A model generated the notes under the pieces. That model did no database searches. It was not told the origin of the DNA and saw nothing but the letters and a program-made list of their open reading frames with translations. A DNA stretch of 64,000 bases from positions 5,857 through 69,856 of the forward strand of contig JAAVDF010000016.1 of assembly GCA_014801945.1 (NCBI GenBank). Direction: 5' to 3'. The position numbers were made by a program, and so were the translations under genes. This document shows, piece by piece, positions 1 through 10,006 of the stretch. Origin of the DNA: Bacteroides sp. (GTDB lineage: Bacteria; Bacteroidota; Bacteroidia; Bacteroidales; Muribaculaceae). Position 1 is the stretch's first letter, and each line of letters begins with the position of its first letter.

Positions 1-2
1 TG

Positions 3-554
3 ATTACGTTTGTGATCTGTTGCCTCACTTCAAATTATTATTATCTACTGGCTTATGTGCCCTACGGAGATGTGTTGCAGAAGTGGACGGATAATTATGA
101 GATGTATAATAGCTTTCCTATGGGATTATTGTATATCTACATGGGAATGAAGTTGAAAGGTTGGCTCGATTCCGGACTTGGCACAATTATTTTTATGCTT
201 GTTGCCGGTATTGTATTATTATATATGGAAAATGGACTCATTCAATATTTCGGTTTCGGTAGGGCTGATGACGCCTATTTCAGTCTTTCTGTACTGGCTC
301 CGGCAATGGTCATGATGGCACTGAAACTACCTTCAATCGATATAAGAGAAGAGTTTGCAGTGAATCTGAGAAAAATGAGTACGATATATTATTGTAGTCA
401 TCTGACGGTCCTCATGGCATTACGTTCAGTAATGGGCGGGTTGGAAAAGTATCAATATCTTATCGTTGTGCTAATCATTTGCACTATAGAATCATTCCTG
501 ATAATCAAGGCTCAGAAAAATAGAGTTTTAAGCTGGTTGAAATATTCTTACTGA
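3..554 (+). CDS. 5'-truncated integral membrane protein, probably the C-terminus of an acyltransferase-3 (OafA-like) O-acyltransferase
   Basis: Frame is open from the window edge. Several TM segments and an LRKMSTIYYCSH motif resembling the S-x-x-I-Y-x-x-H of acyltransferase-3 proteins. AT-rich. Confidence 0.55.
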   Translation: MTFVICCLTSNYYYLLAYVPYGDVLQKWTDNYEMYNSFPMGLLYIYMGMKLKGWLDSGLGTIIFMLVAGIVLLYMENGLIQYFGFGRADDAYFSLSVLAPAMVMMALKLPSIDIREEFAVNLRKMSTIYYCSHLTVLMALRSVMGGLEKYQYLIVVLIICTIESFLIIKAQKNRVLSWLKYSY

Positions 555-585
555 TGAGTATGCGAAAAAATTTTTATTGCACTAT

Positions 586-609
586 GAACCTTTCTGCCGT
601 CACGACGTT
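586..609 (+). promoter_or_regulatory. Putative ECF-sigma promoter (GAACC-N15-CGTT)
   Basis: AAC at 587-589 and CGT at 606-608 are 16 nt apart, the canonical ECF spacing. No ORF follows on this strand. Confidence 0.4.
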
Positions 610-670
610 ATAAAGATATAAGAAAAATAACTTTTTCCATTGCAAGAAATGTGATAATGATTGGTTTATT

Positions 671-708
671 AACGAATTGAGGCTGTCGGGATGACAGCCT
701 TATTCGTT
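671..708. terminator. Hairpin between convergent units, likely a bidirectional terminator
   Basis: aacgaat..aggctgtc-gggat-gacagcct..attcgtt inverted repeat just past the proA stop. Confidence 0.7.
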
Positions 709-731
709 ATATATAGTTTTGAAATTATTCG

Positions 732-1985
732 TTAGGGTCGCGTCTGACCGTTGCCGTTTATCAAATATTTATAAGTGGTAATCTCACGAAGTCCCATCGG
801 ACCTCGCGGACCGAGTTTCTGTGTACTGATACCGATCTCAGCTCCGAGCCCGAACTGTGCGCCGTCCGTGAAGCTTGTAGGTGCGTTGACATAGACGCAT
901 GCTGCATCCACCGATTGCTGGAAATGTTCGGCCGTAACAGGATTGTCAGTTATTATACATTCGCTATGCCCTGATCCGTATTCGGCTATATGCTCCAAAG
1001 CATCTTCAAGGCATCCGACCGTGCGTAGTCCCATCTTATAGTCCATCCATTCGGTGGTGTATGTGGTCTCATCCGTGGTTTTTAGCAGGGAGGCGGGGTA
1101 GTGGCTTTCCAATGCCCGGTATGATTCTTCATCCGCATGTATCTCAACACCCTTTTCCGCAAGGTTTTCGCATAGGGCCGGTAAGTCGGTGAGACGGTCA
1201 CGGTGAATTAGCAGTGTGTCAAGAGCGTTGCAGACACTCACACGGCGCGTTTTCGCGTTTGTGATTATATCACGACCCATAGCAGTGTCGCCATCTTTGT
1301 CGAAATAAGCACTTACAACTCCAGCTCCTGTCTCAATGACGGGGACGCGAGCGTTATCTCGCACAAAATCTATCAGGCGGCGACCGCCACGCGGGATACA
1401 GACATCGACATAGCCCACGGCGTTCAGCAGCGCGGCTGTTGCCTCGTGGGTCGAGGGTAACAGAGCCACACAATCAGTCGTGACGCCACATTCGGAAAGC
1501 ACATCATGTATCAGGCGGATAATTGCATCATTGGATGCGGATGCATCACTGCCTCCTTTGAGGATACAGGCATTTCCACTGCGGAAGCAGAGCGAGAATA
1601 CATCGAAAGTCACATTGGGGCGCGCTTCATAGATCACGCCTATGACACCGAAGGGGACGCGAACGCGACGCAGTTGCAGTCCATTGGGTAGGACCCGCTC
1701 CTCCATCACCTCTCCGACCGGTGAGGGTAGCTGTGCCACATGGCGGATATCGTCGGCAATAGCCGTGAGGCGTTCCGGGGTCAGGCGCAGACGGTCATAT
1801 AGAGGATTAGCGGTATCCATGCGTTGCAGGTCGGCAGCATTTGCTTCAAGAAGTTCATCGTGTGAAGCATCTACTGCAGCGGCTAATTTCATCAATACTT
1901 CTGCGCGTTTGGCGTCAGTCATGGCGGATATGATGCGCGATGACTTCCGGACGGCTTTGAATATATCATTAAGATTGGTCTCCAT
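732..1985 (-). CDS. proA: Gamma-glutamyl phosphate reductase
   Basis: GVIYEARPNVT, SVCNALD, SGHSE and NAPTSFTDGAQFGLGAEIGISTQKL motifs. Confidence 0.97.
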   Translation of the reverse strand: METNLNDIFKAVRKSSRIISAMTDAKRAEVLMKLAAAVDASHDELLEANAADLQRMDTANPLYDRLRLTPERLTAIADDIRHVAQLPSPVGEVMEERVLPNGLQLRRVRVPFGVIGVIYEARPNVTFDVFSLCFRSGNACILKGGSDASASNDAIIRLIHDVLSECGVTTDCVALLPSTHEATAALLNAVGYVDVCIPRGGRRLIDFVRDNARVPVIETGAGVVSAYFDKDGDTAMGRDIITNAKTRRVSVCNALDTLLIHRDRLTDLPALCENLAEKGVEIHADEESYRALESHYPASLLKTTDETTYTTEWMDYKMGLRTVGCLEDALEHIAEYGSGHSECIITDNPVTAEHFQQSVDAACVYVNAPTSFTDGAQFGLGAEIGISTQKLGPRGPMGLREITTYKYLINGNGQTRP

Positions 1986-2042
1986 TATTCAGATACTATG
2001 TAGAGGGAGTTGGATGATTTGACAACGACACCTGTCGGTCGC

Positions 2043-3131
2043 TTATTCAATGAAAAGATAGTCGTAATGGATCACTGGGCGACCTCCACGCTGACCGAGA
2101 GCCGCAACGGTCTCGTCGCTGTTGAGTGAGGCACGGCCGAAACCAATGATCTCGCCTTCGGCGGAAGTAAGAGTGATGATATCACCTTCTTCCCATTCGC
2201 CCTCGATGCCGGTCACGCCGATCGGGAGCAGGCTTACCGCACGGTCGCTGCGCAGGGCGGAGGCCGCATTGTCATTGACACGAACTATTCCTTTGGCGAA
2301 ACTGCCGCTGTGGGCAATCCAACGTTTGATATTGCTCAGCGGTTCCGGGCGTGGTTCGAATAGGGTGTGTGGTGTGGATTCCGGTTTGGTGATGAGATCC
2401 ACGAGTACGTTCTGACGGTCGCCGCGTGCGATATAAACGCTGACGCCTTCTTCCGAAAGTTTGCGGGCAATGCCACATTTTGTTCCCATACCTCCGCGTC
2501 CGAAACCGCTTTTTACAGCAACAACATTGGTGCTTACATCCTCGCCGGGCGATACGCACCGGATCAGTTTGGACTCTGGATCGGAGGGATTGCCGTCATA
2601 GATACCATCGACATTAGAGAGAATAACGAGCATGTCGGCATCCATCATGGCTGCGATGAGTCCTGAAAGTTCATCATTGTCGGTGAACATCAGTTCGGTC
2701 AGGCTCGCCGTATCGTTTTCGTTGACTATAGGTATGACTCCGTTTTCGAGCATGGTCTGCATGCAGGCCCGTTGGTTTAGGTAGGATGTACGGGACGAAA
2801 AATTCTCTTTCTGGGTCAGTACCTGTCCGACCACGTAGCCATATTCGCTGAAGAGAGTGTTGTAGATATTTATCAGGCGGATCTGGCCTATTGATGAGAA
2901 GAGTTGTCGCTGTGCGACGGCATCAAGTTGGCGTGACGGCTGCAACGCACCGCGTCCACAGGCCACCGCACCGCTCGACACGAGGATGACCTCATGACCG
3001 AAAGCGCGGAGAGCCGCTATCTGATCCACAAGAGCCGACATATTGGTTACGTTCGGCTTGCCATCGGAGCGAGTGAGCACGTTGCTTCCCACTTTGACCA
3101 CTATGCGTAAGGTTTTATTTTCCTGTGCCAT
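2043..3131 (-). CDS. proB: Glutamate 5-kinase with C-terminal PUA domain
   Basis: VVKVGSNVLT, VSSGAV, NENDT, DNDELS and GGMGTK motifs; adjacent to proA. Confidence 0.97.
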   Translation of the reverse strand: MAQENKTLRIVVKVGSNVLTRSDGKPNVTNMSALVDQIAALRAFGHEVILVSSGAVACGRGALQPSRQLDAVAQRQLFSSIGQIRLINIYNTLFSEYGYVVGQVLTQKENFSSRTSYLNQRACMQTMLENGVIPIVNENDTASLTELMFTDNDELSGLIAAMMDADMLVILSNVDGIYDGNPSDPESKLIRCVSPGEDVSTNVVAVKSGFGRGGMGTKCGIARKLSEEGVSVYIARGDRQNVLVDLITKPESTPHTLFEPRPEPLSNIKRWIAHSGSFAKGIVRVNDNAASALRSDRAVSLLPIGVTGIEGEWEEGDIITLTSAEGEIIGFGRASLNSDETVAALGQRGGRPVIHYDYLFIE

Positions 3132-3147
3132 TATTTGAGTGTGGTTT

Positions 3148-3936
3148 TTAAGATTTGACTGATGCTTTCAGGCCGCGGATCACGGCAGAGGTGAAACCGG
3201 CGTGTTCCATCTCGTTGAGTCCGCGGATGGTGATACCCCCAGGGGTTGTGACTTTGTCGATCTCGGCCTCCGGATGCGCACCTTCGACCGACAGCAGCTC
3301 AATGGCTCCGCGTAAGGTCTGGAGCACCATTTTCTGAGCGGCGGATGCCTTGAATCCGAGTTCCACGCCTCCTTCGGATGCCGCGCGGACATAGCGCATG
3401 GCGTATGCGATGCCGCAGGATGCAAGCGCGGTTGCACCCGGAAGATGGGCCTCGTCGATAACCATGGTCTCGCCAAGATAGTCAAACAGGGCAGTAACAT
3501 CGGCGATAGTATCCACGGATGCATTCACGGGTACGATAAAAGTCATTGACTGAGCGACGGACATGGCGGTGTTAGGCATGGCTATCAGAAGCTTGGCCTT
3601 GTCTCCGTTGTCCTTTACGAGCCATGCTTCCATCTGCTTTCCGGTCACTCCGGCCACGATTACGACGACTGTCTGACATGAGTAATCGAGAGCTGTCTTG
3701 ATTTCGTTGAGCACGCTTTCGACAATCCACGGTTTCACGGCCACTATAACGATGTCTGCATCCTTGACGCAAGCTGTATTGTCATGCATGGTCTGTGCTC
3801 CCGCTTCCTCAAGTGGTTTTAATGGAGCGGCGGAAGGATTCGAGACGCTGATGACGTAATTACCGTTGCCATATTTCAGCAGGCTGGATGCCACTGCGCC
3901 ACCCATTGCACCTGCTCCGATGATTGCTATTCTCAT
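3148..3936 (-). CDS. proC: Pyrroline-5-carboxylate reductase
   Basis: IGAGAMG, AVKP, MPNT and VTTPGGITIRGL motifs. Confidence 0.96.
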   Translation of the reverse strand: MRIAIIGAGAMGGAVASSLLKYGNGNYVISVSNPSAAPLKPLEEAGAQTMHDNTACVKDADIVIVAVKPWIVESVLNEIKTALDYSCQTVVVIVAGVTGKQMEAWLVKDNGDKAKLLIAMPNTAMSVAQSMTFIVPVNASVDTIADVTALFDYLGETMVIDEAHLPGATALASCGIAYAMRYVRAASEGGVELGFKASAAQKMVLQTLRGAIELLSVEGAHPEAEIDKVTTPGGITIRGLNEMEHAGFTSAVIRGLKASVKS

Positions 3937-3991
3937 GATCGTATGAATTTCTTGATTCCTTTTTACTTAGGAATGACATTTGCATTTTCGG

Positions 3992-3999
3992 CAAAGATA
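3992..3999 (-). promoter_or_regulatory. Bacteroidetes sigma-A -7 element for proCBA
   Basis: TATCTTTG (TAnnTTTG) on the minus strand, ~55 nt upstream of proC. Confidence 0.6.
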
Positions 4000-4127
4000 C
4001 GGAGATTTATGAAATAATCGTCAAATCATGGGTGATAATTTCCATGCAGTCATTGCGGCCAATCACATTTTGACGCGGACTTACGGTTCCATCGTTTTAT
4101 TTATGGTGTTGATGAGAGTTTGGAAAG

Positions 4128-4161
4128 AAAAAAGGAGTGCCCGAACCGGACACTCCTTTTT
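4128..4161 (-). terminator. Intrinsic terminator of secDF
   Basis: aaaaaaggagtg-cccgaaccgga-cactccttttt hairpin with A/T tracts. Confidence 0.8.
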
Positions 4162-4184
4162 AGGATTATTTCAGTCTGTTTCTA

Positions 4185-7064
4185 TCAGGCTTTCTTTGCA
4201 TTGCGACGAGCGTCGGTGAGGTAAGCCACAGGAGCTGCCACGTAGATTGTGGCTAGTGTACCGATGATCACACCGAAGATCATTGCGAATACGAATGAGC
4301 GGATAGCGTCACCACCGAGGATGAAGATACAGAGAAGTACGAGGAGGGTTGACGATGAAGTCATGATCGTACGTCCGAGTGTCGAGTTGATTGAAGAGTT
4401 GATGGTGGTGTAGAAATTCTGCTTGGGATAGAGACCTACGTTCTCACGTACACGGTCGAACACAACCACGGTGTCGTTGATCTGATAACCGATCACTGTA
4501 AGGATAGCGGCGATGAACGACTGGTCGATTTCCATTGCGAAGGGGAATACGCCCCAGAAGAGCGAGTAGAAACCAACGATGGTGAATGCGGTGAACGCAA
4601 CGGCTGCGAGTGCGCCGAGTGAGAAGGCGATGTTGCGGAAACGGAGAAGGATGTAGAAGAACATGGCGAGGAGCGCGAGGATGACGGCGATGTAGGCGTC
4701 GGTACGCATGTCGTTAGCCACGGTCGGACCAACCTTCTGTGATGACATGATGCCGATGTTCTCGTTAGTGGTCGAGAAGTCCTCGATGCTCATGCCGTTG
4801 AGCTGGTTTTCGAGACCCTTGTAGAGGATCTGGGTAATTTCGTTGTCGATACCTTCTTCGTCAGATTCGATCTTGTAGTTGGTCGAGATGCGGACTTTAG
4901 TGTCATCGTCGATGGTGATGACGCTGAGCTGTGCACCGTCAAAGAGAGGTGCGAGCTGAGCCTGAAGTTCGTGGGTCTTGACGGGATGATCGAACTGAAC
5001 CACATAGTTGCGGCCACCGGAGAAGTCGATGCCTTGGTTAAGACCACGGACAAAGAACGAGATGATCACTACGACTACAACTGCACCGACGATGCCGAAG
5101 CTGACCTTGCGTGCGCCGAGGAAGTTGATGTTAGTGTTGGAGAACATCTTGGCCGAGAGGGGAGTGGTGAAGGTGAGGTGCTCGAAAGGTTTGGTCTTGG
5201 CACACATGATGTAGATGAGGCGTGTCAGATAAACCGCAGTGAAGAACGAGCAGATGATACCGATGATAAGGGTGGTGGCGAAGCCCTTGATGGGACCTGT
5301 ACCGAAGAGGAGGAGGATCACACCGGTGATGATAGAGGTGAGGTTCGAGTCAAAGATGGCAGAGAATGCGTTGGAGTAACCGTCAGCGATAGCTGTGCGG
5401 ATGCTCTTGCCTGCACGAAGTTCTTCCTTGGTGCGCTCGTAGATAAGCACGTTTGCGTCAACCGCCATACCGAGGGCAAGCACGATACCGGCGATACCTG
5501 AAAGGGTGAGGACTGCTTGGAACGAAGCGAGGATACCGAAGGTGAAGAAGATGTTGAAGACGAGTGCGATGTTGGCGATGAGGCCGGGGATGAAGCCGTA
5601 GAAGAGGCACATGAAGATCATGAGGAGCACGATGGCCACAACGAATGACCACATACCGTCCTTGATAGCCTGCTCGCCGAGTGACGGACCGATCACGGTG
5701 TCAGAGATGATATCGACCTTAGCAGCCATCTTACCGCTCTTGAGCACGTTGGCAAGGTCCTTCGCTTCATCTGTAGTGAAGTTACCTGTGATCTGCGAAC
5801 GTCCGCCTTCAATTACTGAATTCACGTTAGGTGCGGAATAAACCTGATCATCAAGCACGATGGCCACCTGCTTGTTGAGGTTGGCTGCGGTGATACGTGC
5901 CCACTGGCGTGCTGCATCGGGCTTCATGTTCATCGATACATAGTTACCACCCTGCATTGCGTCATAGTCGCTGGTAGCCGATGTGATGACGTCGCCGCTG
6001 AGGGCTGCCTTGCCGTTGGCTGTCTTGAGAGCTACGAGCTGGTAGATGTTGACATTGCGCTTGCCGCGTACAGAGTCATCGATCTGAACGGTCTGGGGCT
6101 TGAATTCCCAAGCAAGCTTGATGTTTGCGGGGATGATTCCCTTTGCGACGGGCGATGCGAGGATAGCGTTGATGGTGTCACGTGCGGTGTCGAGAGCCGA
6201 TCCGACAGTGATGGTCGGGCCACCTACCTGAAGGAAGTAGTCGAAAAGACCCTTGCCGTTGTTGGTGCTGTCGTTGCGAAGAGCGTTGTCAAGGTTCTGG
6301 AGCATCGGAGCGATGTCGGCGAACTGTGCGGTCTCGTAGAATTCGAGGTTCGCGCTTGACTTGAGAAGCTCGCGCACACGGTCATGCTCCTTCACACCGG
6401 GAAGTTCGAGGAGGATCTGACCGTCCTTTTCGAGTTCCTGAATGTTGGGGGCAACCACACCGAACTGGTCGATACGGGTACGGAGCACGTTGGTCGAGCT
6501 GCTGACGCGGTCCTTCACTTCCTGACGGAGTGAATTCTTGATGGCATCGAGATTGTCGCCACGCTTAACCTGATCCTTGAACACGACTGAAAGGTCGCCC
6601 TGCGGATCGAGTTTACGGTATTCGTTGCAGAACACATCGATGAAATCGTTGCTCTTGTTTGCGCGTGTGATTGAGTCAGCGTTTGCTACGGCGCGGTCGA
6701 AGTAGGGATTGCCCTCTGCGTTGGCCATAGAGCGAAGGATGTCAGGGACTGAAACCTGCAGGGTGACGTTCATACCCCCCTTGAGGTCAAGACCGAGGCC
6801 TACGCCGAGTTTCTGTACTTCATTAAAGGTATAGCCTAAATAAACCTTCTCGTTAGCGATGTTCTTGATGTAGTCGCTGTAGGCTTTACGTTTAGTTTCA
6901 GGGCTGTTGTTGTCCTTGGCTGCTTCGATGGCTGCATATTCCGAAGCTTTCTTCTCATAGTGGTTGGTTACCAAGGTGAAAGAAAGGTAGAACAAGCAGA
7001 TAAGCACCATAAAGATGGCGATTACGCCTGCGACAACACTTCCCAAAGATCCTTTGCTTTGCAT
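4185..7064 (-). CDS. secDF: Fused protein translocase subunit SecDF
   Basis: LGLDLKGG, GMAVDANVLIYER, GIDFSGG and GYQINDTVVVFDRVRE motifs. Confidence 0.97.
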   Translation of the reverse strand: MQSKGSLGSVVAGVIAIFMVLICLFYLSFTLVTNHYEKKASEYAAIEAAKDNNSPETKRKAYSDYIKNIANEKVYLGYTFNEVQKLGVGLGLDLKGGMNVTLQVSVPDILRSMANAEGNPYFDRAVANADSITRANKSNDFIDVFCNEYRKLDPQGDLSVVFKDQVKRGDNLDAIKNSLRQEVKDRVSSSTNVLRTRIDQFGVVAPNIQELEKDGQILLELPGVKEHDRVRELLKSSANLEFYETAQFADIAPMLQNLDNALRNDSTNNGKGLFDYFLQVGGPTITVGSALDTARDTINAILASPVAKGIIPANIKLAWEFKPQTVQIDDSVRGKRNVNIYQLVALKTANGKAALSGDVITSATSDYDAMQGGNYVSMNMKPDAARQWARITAANLNKQVAIVLDDQVYSAPNVNSVIEGGRSQITGNFTTDEAKDLANVLKSGKMAAKVDIISDTVIGPSLGEQAIKDGMWSFVVAIVLLMIFMCLFYGFIPGLIANIALVFNIFFTFGILASFQAVLTLSGIAGIVLALGMAVDANVLIYERTKEELRAGKSIRTAIADGYSNAFSAIFDSNLTSIITGVILLLFGTGPIKGFATTLIIGIICSFFTAVYLTRLIYIMCAKTKPFEHLTFTTPLSAKMFSNTNINFLGARKVSFGIVGAVVVVVIISFFVRGLNQGIDFSGGRNYVVQFDHPVKTHELQAQLAPLFDGAQLSVITIDDDTKVRISTNYKIESDEEGIDNEITQILYKGLENQLNGMSIEDFSTTNENIGIMSSQKVGPTVANDMRTDAYIAVILALLAMFFYILLRFRNIAFSLGALAAVAFTAFTIVGFYSLFWGVFPFAMEIDQSFIAAILTVIGYQINDTVVVFDRVRENVGLYPKQNFYTTINSSINSTLGRTIMTSSSTLLVLLCIFILGGDAIRSFVFAMIFGVIIGTLATIYVAAPVAYLTDARRNAKKA

Positions 7065-7379
7065 TGTGGTTAAGTGATGTATTAAAATTAGTTAGTAAAT
7101 GATTTTGAGATTGGTTTTCATGGAGAATCGGGGATTGCCCCCCGATTTCAGCTTGCAAATATACGAATTTTCTTTTAATTAGAGGCATTTGTGTGAACTT
7201 TTTGGCTCATTTTTGACACTTTACGGTTTTGTGGCTCAGGATGTATGACTAAATAAGCTAAAAATGTTTAATGAATGGCATGGTGTATAGCGAAATTAGT
7301 TATTTTTGCATTTGTCATGCGCGCGTCACTTTTCCGGTGACGGAGTAGCCGAAATGAAAATACAGTAAATAGTTGAGAA

Positions 7380-8531
7380 ATGAACATATTACGTATGCAA
7401 TGGCTGCTGCCGGTTATTCTCCTCATCACCGCCGGCTGCAACAGCGATATTTTTATAGGTGCTGACCAAGTTCCAACGGTATCCGATGTCATGCTTGAGC
7501 CGGGTGGCGTCAGTGAGATTAACTATCAGGGAGAGGATCTGTGGGAGATTGCGCTCCTTCTGCCGACATTCAGTCAGATGAACGATCCGGCTTATAATGA
7601 CGGTAACCCATGGGAGCACGACAAGCCGTATGAGGGATATCCGACTTACGGAAGAGAAGATTTTAGTTATATGTGCCGATACAGCTATGATTCCGGTAGA
7701 TGCGACACGGTCGTTATGAGATACGGCGGATGGCTGGAGGTTTTCACGGAAAATACCGAGCTTTGCAGAAGTGTGACTGTGGAAAATGCATTTGTGAAGC
7801 TTGGTCTTGAAATTAAGCCGGGGAGAAGGATTGAGATTAAAAATATGTATAATCTGACGGACTCGGCGTTCAAGTGTGTCCTTAGTTTCGATTACAGATA
7901 TAAGGAGGATGTGGTCAATGTGACGGGTGGATCGACAATGCTTACGGAGGCAGGTGAATATGTCGTGGCGGGGATTGAGTATGAGAAGGATATCTTTAGG
8001 ATAGAAACCTATTCGAGGGATACGATTCCATTTGAGGCTTTCAACTATGGGGATGATAAACTTCGGGTCGTACTCCCGGTTGCACCGTATTCTCAGATGT
8101 TCACTGATTTCAGGATTAATCCTGAGATGGTTCCCCTGTTCGATTCCGGTCAGCCGGAAGTTGAGGTTGAGATTCCGACTTATGAGTGGATAACGTATGA
8201 TGAAGACCTTAGTTATGGCGCGTCAGGTCTGTACGGGACCATGATACCTTTCTCATGGCAGACTGTGGTCATGCCGGGGCTTGATTCTGCTATATCACCG
8301 GGACTTCGTGAAATAGGTTATAGTTTTGAGCATGAATATGGGTTTACACTGTCACCTCATGTCGGTGTCAGAGCCTATCTATATGTAGATAGGATTACCG
8401 ACCGCGTCAGGGGGAAGCTGAAAGCGAGAAATGCGGTCTCAGGCAATGAATTCCTTATCCCGGTTGATGTGATTGTCAATCAACCATACTTCTATGGAAT
8501 GGATTATGAGAGAATTGATCTTGAAGAATAA
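7380..8531 (+). CDS. Uncharacterised lipoprotein
   Basis: Signal peptide II with lipobox ITAG-C; 383-aa ORF; TATTTTTG -7 element at 7301-7308. Confidence 0.7.
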   Translation: MNILRMQWLLPVILLITAGCNSDIFIGADQVPTVSDVMLEPGGVSEINYQGEDLWEIALLLPTFSQMNDPAYNDGNPWEHDKPYEGYPTYGREDFSYMCRYSYDSGRCDTVVMRYGGWLEVFTENTELCRSVTVENAFVKLGLEIKPGRRIEIKNMYNLTDSAFKCVLSFDYRYKEDVVNVTGGSTMLTEAGEYVVAGIEYEKDIFRIETYSRDTIPFEAFNYGDDKLRVVLPVAPYSQMFTDFRINPEMVPLFDSGQPEVEVEIPTYEWITYDEDLSYGASGLYGTMIPFSWQTVVMPGLDSAISPGLREIGYSFEHEYGFTLSPHVGVRAYLYVDRITDRVRGKLKARNAVSGNEFLIPVDVIVNQPYFYGMDYERIDLEE

Positions 8532-8553
8532 ATCAATTAAAACCGGAAATTAT

Positions 8554-9762
8554 ATGAAAATCTGCAATGCCTGCTTTCGTGTGATAATGGCGGTGACTGT
8601 AATATTAGTGTCTGCGGTGATAGCTTCCGCAACCCAGCCAGCTGACTCGGCAAAGAGATATATCCATCATCTCGGTGCGGATTTGCGCGTGGCTTACATA
8701 GCTCCAGCACGCAGTGCCGTTGAGAATACTTATTTAACTTCTTCGGCACGTGAGGTGAGTGCATCAGCTCACATAAAATATTCATTCACCTATCCTTCGG
8801 CAAGCCGTGAGGGACGCTTGTATCCGGGGGCTTATCAAGGCGTCGGGGTGGGTGGCACTACATTTTTCGATAATTCCCGCACCGGGATGCCTGTGAGTGC
8901 CTATCTCTTTCAGGGCGCACCGATAGTCAGGCTTGCACCGAATCTGACGTTTGGCTACGAGTGGAATTTCGGAGTAGCGTCCGGCTGGAAAAAATACAAC
9001 GATGACCTGTATCCCCCGGTCAATCTAATAGTTGGGTCGCCCATCAACGCCTATATAAATCTTGGATTTCTCCTGACTTACAGATTGAGCCGCAACTGGA
9101 GTCTTACGGCGGGAATTGATCTCACTCACTATTCCAACGGCAATACTTCGCTCCCGAATCCGGGTGTCAACAGTATTGGTGGGCGTGTCGGGGTGACACG
9201 CACTTTTAATAGCGACCACGCCCTGCGTACGCTTGCCAACAATTCGTCGGCGGGATCATTCCGTCCACATATAAGTTATGACCTTGTAGCTTACGGAGCG
9301 GTGCGTAAGAAAGTGGTGAATCTCAACGGTTTTGCTGAAATCGTTCCGGGTCATTTCGGTATTGCAGGTCTGAATTTCACACCTATGTATAACTTCAATC
9401 GTTTTTTGCGTGCAGGCGTGTCGCTCGACGTGCAGTATGACGAAAGTTCTGATTTAGCTAAACACTGGGTTGAGGGTTCGGTAGGAGATTACATAAAGTT
9501 TTATCGTCCGTCGTTTTTTGATCAGGTGTCGTGTGGTCTGTCGGCTCGCGGTGAACTTGTCATGCCGATCTTTTCGATAAATGCCGGAATGGGCTATAAC
9601 ATCATAGGTAACAACGATACCAAGAACTTTTATCAGGTATTGGCTCTTAAAATTCATCTTGCCAAGAGTTTCTATGTCCATATCGGTTATCAGCTCAACA
9701 GCTTCAAGAACCCCAACAACCTGATGATCGGCCTTGGCTACCGTTTCCATGACAAAAGGTGA
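8554..9762 (+). CDS. Outer-membrane beta-barrel, acyloxyacyl hydrolase / PagL-like lipid A deacylase family
   Basis: Signal peptide; HYSNG..PNPGVN His-Ser motif of PagL-like enzymes; terminal beta strand IGLGYRF. Start set at ATG 8554. Confidence 0.75.
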   Translation: MKICNACFRVIMAVTVILVSAVIASATQPADSAKRYIHHLGADLRVAYIAPARSAVENTYLTSSAREVSASAHIKYSFTYPSASREGRLYPGAYQGVGVGGTTFFDNSRTGMPVSAYLFQGAPIVRLAPNLTFGYEWNFGVASGWKKYNDDLYPPVNLIVGSPINAYINLGFLLTYRLSRNWSLTAGIDLTHYSNGNTSLPNPGVNSIGGRVGVTRTFNSDHALRTLANNSSAGSFRPHISYDLVAYGAVRKKVVNLNGFAEIVPGHFGIAGLNFTPMYNFNRFLRAGVSLDVQYDESSDLAKHWVEGSVGDYIKFYRPSFFDQVSCGLSARGELVMPIFSINAGMGYNIIGNNDTKNFYQVLALKIHLAKSFYVHIGYQLNSFKNPNNLMIGLGYRFHDKR

Positions 9763-9772
9763 TTTGGTTTGA

Positions 9773-9995
9773 AGTATAGAGTGTAAAGTATAGAGTGTAA
9801 AGTATAGAGTATAAAAGTATAGAGTATAGATAATACCAAGGTCAGAATTTCTGGCGGTTTCCATGTTAATATCGAGTTGCATGAGCTTGAATATCATGCT
9901 TCAACGATTCGTGGAGTCCGTAGAACCCTGACCTTGGTATTATCTATACTCTATACTTTAAACTCTATACTTTAATCTATACTTCTATACTCTAC
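9773..9995. repeat. Long hairpin element with heptamer tandem-repeat arms (AGTRTAR)n and a perfect 32-bp inverted repeat
   Basis: 9814-9845 is the exact reverse complement of 9928-9959; flanked by AGTATAG/AGTGTAA arrays in opposite orientations. Confidence 0.9.
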
Positions 9996-10006
9996 TGCCA
10001 TTCACA

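Noticed and set aside
9773-9995. Possible CRISPR array or invertible promoter
   Set aside because: Units are 7-mers without unique spacers and there are no cas genes. It lies between convergent gene ends with no TAnnTTTG promoter or recombinase nearby.
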